The translations under genes were made by a program, and so were the position numbers. The notes under the pieces are model-generated. The model was given only the letters and a program-made list of their open reading frames with translations. It ran no database searches and was not told the DNA's origin. Shown piece after piece: positions 1 to 8,658 of a DNA stretch of 53,844 bases (position 1 is the first letter of the stretch; each line of letters opens with the position of its first letter). The stretch comes from Candidatus Theseobacter exili (GTDB lineage: Bacteria > Auribacterota > JACPWU01 > Theseobacterales > Theseobacteraceae): NCBI GenBank assembly GCA_030765365.1, contig JAVCCS010000076.1, positions 1-53,844 of the forward strand, written 5' to 3'.

Positions 1-162
1 ATTGAATCAGAGGATACAAACATACCGAAAGAAACCGCAGCTATTGAAATAGATTCTGAAAACAACCGGATATCGAAACTTGAGGAGAAAGCAACAGCTA
101 TGGAGCATGAACTTAATGAATTAAAAGTAAAGCTTACCGAAGTTACTAAACAATTTGAATAA
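1..162 (+). CDS. 3' end of an upstream CDS (partial); coiled-coil-like C-terminus, family unknown
   Basis: Frame +1 is open from the window edge to TAA at 160-162. It translates to ...NRISKLEEKATAMEHELNELKVKLTEVTKQFE*. The pattern is heptad-like. No family motif recognised. Confidence 0.45.
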   Translation: MESEDTNIPKETAAIEIDSENNRISKLEEKATAMEHELNELKVKLTEVTKQFE

Positions 163-229
163 TAGCCCTTTCCTGTTGTTTACGACAAGATAAAAAACCT
201 TTCGTTTTTTCAACAACATTGGAAAAAAT

Positions 230-337
230 ATGAAACACTCAACAATTCATGTTGCACTAGTTAATGCTGTAAATGATTTCCGCGCTGAAATACCGCAAAA
301 AGATGATATTACTATGGTAATTATTAAAGCTTTATAG
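230..337 (+). pseudogene. Possible remnant of the C-terminal tail of a SpoIIE/PP2C-type phosphatase (35 codons)
   Basis: The short ORF MKHSTIHVALVNAVNDFRAEIPQKDDITMVIIKAL* ends like the last strand of SpoIIE-family phosphatases (..DDITxxVIK). There is no catalytic domain upstream in any frame (in-frame stop at 191-193). Confidence 0.3.
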
Positions 338-353
338 AATACGGAGGTGTTGC

Positions 354-1856
354 ATGCTGGAAAATATTGACCTCACAAAAAAAATTAAAAAAAGCGGTTA
401 TAAGGAACAAATTCCAACCCTTGAATACAAACTTGGAGAATTGCAGAGAAAAGCAAGGGAACTAAAAATTCCAATTATTATAGTTTTTGAAGGCTGGGAT
501 GCTGCGGGTAAAGGAACAATGATTAACAGACTCATGATTTCAATGGATCCTAGAGGCTACACTGTTAATCCAACGAATCCCCCTAACGAAGAAGAACTGT
601 TAAGACCTTTTCTCTGGAGATTCTGGAAAAAAACTCCTGAACGCGGGAGGATTGCTATCTTTGATAGAAGCTGGTATGGAAAAGTCCTCGTCGAAAAAAT
701 CAATAAGATTGTTAAAAAGAAAGACTGCCTGGCTGCATATCCGGAAATATGTTCTTTTGAAAGACAGCTAACCGATGAAGGCACAGTAATTATTAAGTTC
801 TTTCTTCACATAAATAAAAACGAACAAAAACGCAGGTTTAAACTCCTTCTAAAAAACCCTTCTACTGCCTGGAAGGTAACAAAAGAAGACTGGAAACATC
901 ATAAAAAATATGATGAATATGCAAAAGCCGTTGAAGAAATGCTGGAAAAAACTGATACCGAATATGCCCCATGGACAATTATTGAAGCAAATGACCGTCG
1001 TTTTGCAACATTGAAAATCTTTAATACAGTGGCTGCAACTATAGAACAAAAAATAAATACCATGACTCAGCCTTCCAATAAATCTGCAAGTAAAATTATT
1101 TCAAAATCCTCAGTATCTCTCAAAAAAATGACTAGTTCTATTCTGGACAAAATTGATCTGTCCATCTCTATTTCAAAGGACGAATATACAGAAGAACTCA
1201 AAAAATATCAGCAACGCATAATGGAACTTGAACATGAAGCATATATACGCAGAATCCCTGTTATAATCCTTTATGAAGGATGGGATTCTGCAGGAAAAGG
1301 AGGAAATATTAAAAGACTTGTACGGGGAATGGATCCGCGCGGATATCAAGTAATTCCTATAGTGGCGCCAAATGATATTGAAAAGAATCATCATTATCTA
1401 TGGCGTTTCTGGGAACATATTCCCAAATCCGGACATATTGCTATTTTTGACCGTACATGGTATGGAAGAGTTCTTGTAGAGCGCGTGGAAGGTTACTGCA
1501 GTCAAAATGAATGGAAGCGTTCTTATAGAGAAATTAATGAAATGGAAGAACAATTAACCAACTTTGGAACTGTATTAATTAAGTTCTGGATTCACATTAG
1601 TGCTGAAGAGCAATTAAGCAGGTTCAAGGCCAGAGAAGCGACTCCTCACAAGCAATGGAAAATTACAGACGAAGACTGGAGAAACAGAAAAAAATGGAAC
1701 CAATATAAAACAGCTATTGATGAAATGCTCTTCAGAACCAGTACTACTTATTCACCCTGGACTATTGTTGAAGCAAACTCAAAGTTTTATGCCCGAATTA
1801 AAACCCTAAAAACAGTAGTAGAAACATTAGAGAAACATATAGAAAAAGAACGATGA
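354..1856 (+). CDS. pap: Two-domain PPK2-family polyphosphate kinase, class II / polyphosphate:AMP phosphotransferase-like
   Basis: 500 aa with two tandem PPK2 modules. Each has a Walker A (FEGWDAAGKG and YEGWDSAGKGG) and the RFWxxxPxxGxIxIFDRSWY lid motif. GGAGG RBS lies upstream of the ATG. Confidence 0.9.
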   Translation: MLENIDLTKKIKKSGYKEQIPTLEYKLGELQRKARELKIPIIIVFEGWDAAGKGTMINRLMISMDPRGYTVNPTNPPNEEELLRPFLWRFWKKTPERGRIAIFDRSWYGKVLVEKINKIVKKKDCLAAYPEICSFERQLTDEGTVIIKFFLHINKNEQKRRFKLLLKNPSTAWKVTKEDWKHHKKYDEYAKAVEEMLEKTDTEYAPWTIIEANDRRFATLKIFNTVAATIEQKINTMTQPSNKSASKIISKSSVSLKKMTSSILDKIDLSISISKDEYTEELKKYQQRIMELEHEAYIRRIPVIILYEGWDSAGKGGNIKRLVRGMDPRGYQVIPIVAPNDIEKNHHYLWRFWEHIPKSGHIAIFDRTWYGRVLVERVEGYCSQNEWKRSYREINEMEEQLTNFGTVLIKFWIHISAEEQLSRFKAREATPHKQWKITDEDWRNRKKWNQYKTAIDEMLFRTSTTYSPWTIVEANSKFYARIKTLKTVVETLEKHIEKER

Positions 1857-1903
1857 ATCAAATAAGCTTAAATATAATGATTTAAAATATTAGGAAAAGC
1901 TCT

Positions 1904-2881
1904 ATGAACGAAAAATACTGGATAGGTTTTGATCTTGGCGGCACTAAAATGTTAGCCACCGTTTTTAATGAAAAATTTACTTCTATAGGCCAGAAACGAA
2001 GGAAAACAAAGTCTCATGAAGGTATAGAAGCTGGTCTTAAACGCATGATTCAAACTATTAACGATGCTCTTAATAATTCAGGGATATCTGCAGATCAGCT
2101 TTCCGGTATCGGGGTTGGTTGTCCTGGCCCCTTAGATCTCGATAAGGGTGTAATTCTTGATCTGCCCAATCTGGGATGGGAAAATGCTCCGGTAAAAGAA
2201 GTACTTGAATCTGCTTTTCATTGTCCAGTTGCTATCGTCAATGATGTTGACGCAGGCGTATATGGCGAATATCGCATGGGAGCTGCAAAAAAGGCACACT
2301 GCGTCGTTGGCGTTTTTCCTGGAACCGGCATTGGCGGTGGTTGTGTATATAATGGAAAGCTAATACGCGGGAAAACCGGTTCCTGCTTTGAAATAGGGCA
2401 TATACCCGTTTTTAAAGATGGGCCTCTCTGCGGATGCGGACGGAGAGGATGTTTAGAAGCAATCGCAGGAAGACTGGCTATATCATCTGCTGCTGCCGCT
2501 GCAGTATTCAGAGGAGAAGCACCTTATCTGCTCGAGAACGCTGGAACAGATTTATCAAATATTAAAAGCGGCACTCTTGCCCGGTCAATTGCTGCAGGAG
2601 ATAAAGCAATTGAACAAATCATACGTCACGCTGCTTCAATTCTTGGGTATTCACTTTCCGGTATCATTAATTTGATGAGTCCAGATATAGTTCTGCTTGG
2701 AGGAGGACTGCCTGAGGCTATGCCAAAGCTTTATACAGAAGAGGTATCCAATGCAATTAAAAACCAAGTAATGCCAATATATGATGGAACATATAAAATT
2801 GTTCTTGCCAAGCTTGGTGATGATGCAACTGTAACAGGTGCTGCTACATGGGTTCAGGAATCAACAACTAATAAGAAGTAA
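1904..2881 (+). CDS. ROK-family sugar kinase (glucokinase-like)
   Basis: 325 aa. N-terminal DLGGTK phosphate-1 motif, central GxGIGGG, and the ROK zinc motif GHIPV...CGCGRRGCLE. Confidence 0.85.
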   Translation: MNEKYWIGFDLGGTKMLATVFNEKFTSIGQKRRKTKSHEGIEAGLKRMIQTINDALNNSGISADQLSGIGVGCPGPLDLDKGVILDLPNLGWENAPVKEVLESAFHCPVAIVNDVDAGVYGEYRMGAAKKAHCVVGVFPGTGIGGGCVYNGKLIRGKTGSCFEIGHIPVFKDGPLCGCGRRGCLEAIAGRLAISSAAAAAVFRGEAPYLLENAGTDLSNIKSGTLARSIAAGDKAIEQIIRHAASILGYSLSGIINLMSPDIVLLGGGLPEAMPKLYTEEVSNAIKNQVMPIYDGTYKIVLAKLGDDATVTGAATWVQESTTNKK

Positions 2882-2888
2882 CATAATT

Positions 2889-4475
2889 ATGTCTGATAAA
2901 ACTAAAAAGAAGGCACTTACTAAAAACAAAGATGTGCAAACAAAACCTGTAGCTATAATTGATATAGGTTCTACAATGGTGCGTCTTGCTATCGCAGAGA
3001 TTGATGATGATGGAAATATAAGACCTTTAGAGTTTTTACAACGAGTCATTAGTTTAGGAAAAGACACATTTATCAAAGGTGTAATTGAAAGAGAGCGTAT
3101 AGAAGAATGTGTACATGCTTTAAAAAGTTTCAGAAAAGTTCTCGAAGAATACCAAATAATTAAATCCAACCAAATCAGGGCAGTTGCAACAACCGCGGTG
3201 TGCGAAGCTTCCAATAGAGATGTTTTTATAAATCGCATGTATATTGCAGCGGGAATACATGTTGATGCGATTGAACCTGCAGAAGTATTAAGGCTTACAT
3301 ACTTAAGTTTCTATTCCACAGTAAAAAAAGAACCAAGGTTGTTGAAATCTGACTTACTTATTACTGAACTCGGAGGCGGCAGTTTACAGACGATATTGCT
3401 TCAAAGCGGAAACGTATCATTCTCTAACACGTATCGGCTTGGTTCTTTACGACTCAGGCAAATGCTTGAAACATTCAGAGCTCCGGTTGTTAGGGAAAGA
3501 GAGTTGATGACAAGCAATATACAAAGAACAATTAATCAGTTTCGAAAATCTCTTCCTGACAATATTTCACCTAAAATTATTGCCCTGGGTGGAGATGCCA
3601 GATTTGCATATACACAGCTTATTAAAAACAAACAAAACGGATTATTAGCAAAAATATCATTAAGCGATTTTACGCGTTTTACTGAATCAATATTATCTTT
3701 GTCTGTAAACGAACTGGTCAAAAAATACCACTTACCTATACCAGAAGCAGAAACGATTGGTCCAACTTTATTAACATATGTTCTTCAGGCCCGTTCCTTT
3801 AAGCAAAAGTATCTTTATATCAGCCAGTCAACAATGCGCGAAGGTCTGTTAATGGAAATGGCTCAGCATAAAACATGGACTGAAAATTTTCGAAAACAAA
3901 TCGTTCTTTCAGCGCTGAAAATTGGAAGGCAATATAACTGTGATGAAGCACATGCTAAACATGTAGCACAGCTTAGCCGGCACCTTTTTCAGGATCTTGA
4001 ACATGAACATTTCCTTGAGCCATGGTACGAACTGTTACTTACAATTGCCTCACTTCTGCATGATATAGGTATGTTCATCAGCAACAGAAGTCACCATAAA
4101 CATTCTCTATATCTTATTAAAAACAGTGAATTATTTGGTTTAAGTCAAAGAGACAAACTGCTTGTCGCATTAGTGGCCCGATATCACCGTAGAGCATCAC
4201 CGAAGCCGACTCATCCGGATTATTTCACCCTGGATCAAAGAGATAAAATGATAGTCATGAAACTTGCAGCAATTTTACGGACAGCTGATGCTTTAGACCG
4301 TTCAAACAGTCAAAGAATTAAAAATATTCAATGCTCTTGTGAAGATAATAAGTTCATTATCTCCATCCCAAATATAAACGATTTAACATTGGAAAGATTG
4401 GCAATTAAACAAAAAGGCCCTCTGTTTGAAGAAGTCTTTGGGATGAATGTTGAATTACAAACTGTTGAATCTTAA
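2889..4475 (+). CDS. ppx: Ppx/GppA-family exopolyphosphatase with C-terminal HD domain
   Basis: ASKHA-fold N-terminus (IDIGSTMVRLAIAE, ELGGGS) and HD region (LLHDIGMFISNRSHHKHSLYLI, ARYHRR). Start moved from the ORF-track 2838 to ATG 2889 (MSDKTKKK), just after the ROK stop. Confidence 0.88.
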   Translation: MSDKTKKKALTKNKDVQTKPVAIIDIGSTMVRLAIAEIDDDGNIRPLEFLQRVISLGKDTFIKGVIERERIEECVHALKSFRKVLEEYQIIKSNQIRAVATTAVCEASNRDVFINRMYIAAGIHVDAIEPAEVLRLTYLSFYSTVKKEPRLLKSDLLITELGGGSLQTILLQSGNVSFSNTYRLGSLRLRQMLETFRAPVVRERELMTSNIQRTINQFRKSLPDNISPKIIALGGDARFAYTQLIKNKQNGLLAKISLSDFTRFTESILSLSVNELVKKYHLPIPEAETIGPTLLTYVLQARSFKQKYLYISQSTMREGLLMEMAQHKTWTENFRKQIVLSALKIGRQYNCDEAHAKHVAQLSRHLFQDLEHEHFLEPWYELLLTIASLLHDIGMFISNRSHHKHSLYLIKNSELFGLSQRDKLLVALVARYHRRASPKPTHPDYFTLDQRDKMIVMKLAAILRTADALDRSNSQRIKNIQCSCEDNKFIISIPNINDLTLERLAIKQKGPLFEEVFGMNVELQTVES

Positions 4476-4490
4476 TAAAAGCAAACAAAT

Positions 4491-6590
4491 ATGAAAAAAA
4501 CGCAATATTTCAATAGAGAATTAAGTTGGTTGGAATTTAATCAAAGAGTACTTGACCAAGCATTAGATATCTCTCTGCCACTTCTGGAACGATTAAAGTT
4601 TATTGCTATAACAGCCTCAAATCTTGATGAGTTTTTTATGGTTCGAGTAGGCGGTTTACAGATTATTTCTGAAGAAAAACTGTCTGTTAAGGATCCATCG
4701 GGAATGACACCTTTACAACAGCTCAATGCAATCAGTAAACGTATTAAGTCTATGGTTGAACTTATGCATAAATGTTATACAGATGATATTGAGAGAAAAT
4801 TGTCCACGGCAGGTATTCGAAGAGTTAAACAAAACGAACTTAACGAATATCAGAGTCAACATATAGAATATGTATTTGAAAATGAGATTTTTCCGGTACT
4901 ATCTCCTATAGCCATAAAAGATATCGAAAATCCGCCACTATTTAAAAACCAGATATTGAATTTATGTGTCAGGCTCAAAAACAATAAAAGCAATCAAAAC
5001 AATACACAATATGCTGTTATTCCTATTGGGAAAATACTTGACCGCTTCATAACACTTCCATCTGATGGCGGCTATCAATTCATGTTTATAGAAGATGTTG
5101 TAAAAATATTTGTACATAGATTTTTTACAGGATCAAAAATTCTTGAATGCGTCCCGTTTAGAATAACCAGAAATGCAGATCTAAGTGCAAGAGAAGACCT
5201 GTCTTTAAACATGCTTTCAGAAATGGAAAGGATAATTCTCGCCAGGAAAAGAAGCCATTGTGTCAGGCTTGAAATAGCAGAAGGATATACAAAAACCTTA
5301 CTTTTATTCATCAGCAAGGTGTTTTGCATTAAAAGTGAAAACATCTACATTGTTAACGGTCCATTAGCTTTATCTTCATTTTTCAGCATTACAGAAGTAG
5401 AAGGATTTGACTCGCTCAAACTTGAAAATTGGCCTTCTCAGGCTTCTCCTCAGATAGATAGTAGAAAAACAATGTTTGAAATGCTTTCTTCAAAAAACAT
5501 ATTACTATTTCATCCTTATGAAAATTTTGATCCGGTTGTTCGCTTGATTGAAGAAGCGGCAGATGACGAAAACGTAATCGCTTTAAAACAGATTTTATAT
5601 AGAACCAGCCGTAACAGTCCAGTTGTTAGAGCATTATCAAGAGCTGCTCAAAAGGGCAAATATGTTACTGTAGTTGTAGAACTTAAAGCCCGTTTTGATG
5701 AAGAAAGAAATATAGAATGGGCAAAAGAATTGGAAGATGCAGGAGTTCAGGTGATCTACGGGATTAAAAACCTGAAAACACATGGAAAAATCTGTTTAAT
5801 CATTCGCAGAGAGACTCATGGTGTAAAGCGCTATATTCATTTTGGAACTGGGAACTATAATGAAATAACAGCAAAACTGTATTCTGACATAAGCTATATG
5901 ACAAGTGACGAAGACCTGGGAGCTGATGCATCTACATTTTTCAATGCTATTACTGGTTATTCTCATCCTCAAAAATTCAGAAAAATTGAAATTGCACCAA
6001 TTCGTTTAAGAGAAGCGATTATTGAACTTATTGAATCAGAAACTGAAAGAAAGAAACAAGGCCAAAAAGCAATAATAATGGCAAAACTAAATTCACTTGT
6101 GGATAGAGATGTAATAGACTCATTATACAAAGCATCATCTGCCGGTGTTAAAATAAGGCTTAACATACGAGGCATATGCTGCTTAAAGCCGGGCATACCA
6201 GGGCTAAGTGAAAACATTTCTATTATAAGCATTGTTGACCGGTTTCTCGAACACAGCAGAATTATGTATTTCTATCAGGGTGGTCAGGAAAAAGTTTATA
6301 TTTCAAGTGCAGACTGGATGCCCAGAAATCTGGATAAACGTGTTGAATTGCTAATACCGGTTGAAGATAGTGCATGTGCGAAAAGACTGAAAAAAATACT
6401 TGAAATATGCTTTCAAGATAACGTGAATGCCTGGAAACTGCAAAAAAGCGGTCACTATATTCGCTTAACTTTTAAAAATAAAAACAGGTTCAGAAGCCAG
6501 GAAGAATTTTACAAACTCGCATGTGAGAAAGACAAACAACAAAAAGAAATGCATCAAATTATCTTTGAACCGCACAAACCATCTTCATAG
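4491..6590 (+). CDS. ppk1: Polyphosphate kinase 1
   Basis: 699 aa. N-terminal YFNRELSWLEFNQRVL signature, the phospho-histidine segment NLKTHGKICLIIRRE, and two PLD-like C-terminal modules (RFLEHSRI). Confidence 0.95.
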   Translation: MKKTQYFNRELSWLEFNQRVLDQALDISLPLLERLKFIAITASNLDEFFMVRVGGLQIISEEKLSVKDPSGMTPLQQLNAISKRIKSMVELMHKCYTDDIERKLSTAGIRRVKQNELNEYQSQHIEYVFENEIFPVLSPIAIKDIENPPLFKNQILNLCVRLKNNKSNQNNTQYAVIPIGKILDRFITLPSDGGYQFMFIEDVVKIFVHRFFTGSKILECVPFRITRNADLSAREDLSLNMLSEMERIILARKRSHCVRLEIAEGYTKTLLLFISKVFCIKSENIYIVNGPLALSSFFSITEVEGFDSLKLENWPSQASPQIDSRKTMFEMLSSKNILLFHPYENFDPVVRLIEEAADDENVIALKQILYRTSRNSPVVRALSRAAQKGKYVTVVVELKARFDEERNIEWAKELEDAGVQVIYGIKNLKTHGKICLIIRRETHGVKRYIHFGTGNYNEITAKLYSDISYMTSDEDLGADASTFFNAITGYSHPQKFRKIEIAPIRLREAIIELIESETERKKQGQKAIIMAKLNSLVDRDVIDSLYKASSAGVKIRLNIRGICCLKPGIPGLSENISIISIVDRFLEHSRIMYFYQGGQEKVYISSADWMPRNLDKRVELLIPVEDSACAKRLKKILEICFQDNVNAWKLQKSGHYIRLTFKNKNRFRSQEEFYKLACEKDKQQKEMHQIIFEPHKPSS

Positions 6591-6607
6591 CAAAAAGAAG
6601 AGTTGAA

Positions 6608-8086
6608 ATGGAACCAAAACCATCCATTAGCGAACTATGTTCCAGATATCATAATGAAGACCCGCATACTGAACATGTAACTTCTTTGGCAATTAATATT
6701 TATAACAGAATATATAAGAAATTTGACATTCCCAAAAAGCATAAACCTTTGCTCAAGGCAGCATGCCGTCTTCATGATCTTGGTTATTTCATAGATCCAT
6801 CGAACCATGCCATAGCAAGTACTGAAATTATTATTCAGGAAGGAATAACCGGCTTTTCTTCAGATCAAACTCTCTTAATTGCAGGCATAATTCTGTTACA
6901 TCAAAAAGGTTATAAGAAATTTCTAAATAATCCATTAATCAAGAAATCAAAAAATTCAGATATACTTTTAAAATTTGCAGCAATATTGAGGATATCTGAT
7001 GGACTTGATCATGGCCATATTCAAAATGCACAAATAACCTCTTCAAGGTTTAGAGAAGATGCATTTTACTTAACTATCAACAGTACTGGGTATGATGGGA
7101 ATATACCCTGGGCCAGAAGTAAGTCAGACTTATGGCATCAGGTGTTCCCGGTTCCAATCAAGCTTTCATATATTACCCTCAAAGACAATATATCAAGATA
7201 TCAGGGAGTTATTAGATCAAATGATTCAGTATTAGAAACAGCTCGCCGATTGTTTTATATACATTACAGAACAATTGTGGACAACCTGCCTTCAACACTG
7301 GTTGCGGAAGAATCTGAACCACTTCATGATCTTCGGGTTGCTAGTCGAAGATTTCGAGCTGTTTTTCATAACTTCAGAAACCACCTTGTTGAAACATCTG
7401 CGGTTGATTTAGCAAACAGATTATCCGATCTTTCATCAAAACTTGGACCTATACGTGATTCTGATATCTGGGTGGAAATACTAAAAAATCAGAAAACAGC
7501 CACATACATTAAAAACCCGGAAGCATGGCAATCTTTCATAAAACAGGCCGAAGAACTCAGAAACAAGAATATTAGTAGACTTAGAGAGATATTACAGAGT
7601 AAGGTTTTTTCATCCCTGCTCTATGATATAGTTTTTTTCCTAAGAGTAGAAATTAGAGATTCATGCAAAACAGCACCGCAAACACCGTTAAAACCCTATG
7701 CAGCAAAAAAACTACGCAATGTATTTAAACGCATTCAGACAACCTCAAAAATAAACAATAAAACCTCTGCAAAAACGTTGCACGTGCTTCGCAAACAATG
7801 CAGAAAGGAACGATATCGTTTAGAGTTTTTTGCCCCGGTTTTTGATCCCTATATATCTAAACTTGCTATACAATTTAAAGAACTCACTGATGCTTTAGGA
7901 TACATTCATGATTTGGATGTTGGATTAGCCCGTCTTAAATGCAATTCAGGAACGACAGGCAAAAACATTTTTTCTTATCTGACGGAGGAAAGAGACGCAG
8001 CATTTATGAATTTTCTGAGTATATGGAACAATCTTCAAAAGAAAAAGACACAAAAAAAACTTGAAAAATTAATGAAGGAGTTATAA
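6608..8086 (+). CDS. HD-domain (Ppx C-terminal-like) fused to a CHAD domain protein
   Basis: N-terminus has LHDLGYFID...LRISDGLDHGH (HD-like). C-terminal half has CHAD hallmarks LHDLRVASRRFRAVF, LHVLRKQCRKERYRLEFF and IHDLDV. Confidence 0.8.
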   Translation: MEPKPSISELCSRYHNEDPHTEHVTSLAINIYNRIYKKFDIPKKHKPLLKAACRLHDLGYFIDPSNHAIASTEIIIQEGITGFSSDQTLLIAGIILLHQKGYKKFLNNPLIKKSKNSDILLKFAAILRISDGLDHGHIQNAQITSSRFREDAFYLTINSTGYDGNIPWARSKSDLWHQVFPVPIKLSYITLKDNISRYQGVIRSNDSVLETARRLFYIHYRTIVDNLPSTLVAEESEPLHDLRVASRRFRAVFHNFRNHLVETSAVDLANRLSDLSSKLGPIRDSDIWVEILKNQKTATYIKNPEAWQSFIKQAEELRNKNISRLREILQSKVFSSLLYDIVFFLRVEIRDSCKTAPQTPLKPYAAKKLRNVFKRIQTTSKINNKTSAKTLHVLRKQCRKERYRLEFFAPVFDPYISKLAIQFKELTDALGYIHDLDVGLARLKCNSGTTGKNIFSYLTEERDAAFMNFLSIWNNLQKKKTQKKLEKLMKEL

Positions 8087-8089
8087 CAA

Positions 8090-8605
8090 ATGGATCTTTT
8101 TCTGGTCAGGCACGGCATCGCTCTTGATATTGGAGTGAACGGAATAAATACCGACTATGACAGAACTCTCTCACCCAAAGGAAGAACAAAGACAAAAGAA
8201 GTATCAGTTGCACTCTCGACAATAGAATGCTGTCCGAAAAAAATTCTGACAAGCCCTCTTTGTCGCGCTGTTGAAACCGCAGTTATCATTGCAGAAAATC
8301 TCTCAGATACTCCAGTTATGGAAGAATCAGACCACCTTGCATGCGGATCTGATATGAATTTGCTTATTAGATGGCTTGGGAAACAATCTGAAGATCAGAT
8401 AATGATTGTGGGACATATGCCCGACTTATCTATTCTTTCTTCATTATTATTATCCAGCACTCATAATGTTCGTATTGCTTTTAAAAAAGCAGGAGTGTGC
8501 TGCATTTCCTTTCAGCACAGAATCAAACCAGGTGAAGGAGTATTAAAATTTCATCTGGAACCTAAACAGCTGCTATTAATAGCGGCACCAGCAAATCAAA
8601 AATAA
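8090..8605 (+). CDS. sixA: SixA-like phosphohistidine phosphatase (histidine phosphatase superfamily)
   Basis: 171 aa. LVRHG (RHG catalytic motif) at the N-terminus and VGHMPDL second His motif. Size is typical of SixA. Lies 3 nt downstream of the CHAD gene. Confidence 0.75.
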   Translation: MDLFLVRHGIALDIGVNGINTDYDRTLSPKGRTKTKEVSVALSTIECCPKKILTSPLCRAVETAVIIAENLSDTPVMEESDHLACGSDMNLLIRWLGKQSEDQIMIVGHMPDLSILSSLLLSSTHNVRIAFKKAGVCCISFQHRIKPGEGVLKFHLEPKQLLLIAAPANQK

Positions 8606-8658
8606 CAGATACTTCGTATAATTAAATTAATCCAAATAATTCATCTCTTAGGAGCAAC

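Noticed and set aside
2838-2888. Extended Ppx start from the ORF track, overlapping the ROK gene by 44 nt
   Set aside because: The added residues (MLLHGFRNQQLIRSNII) are read from the ROK 3' end. ATG 2889 follows the ROK stop and begins a plausible N-terminus.
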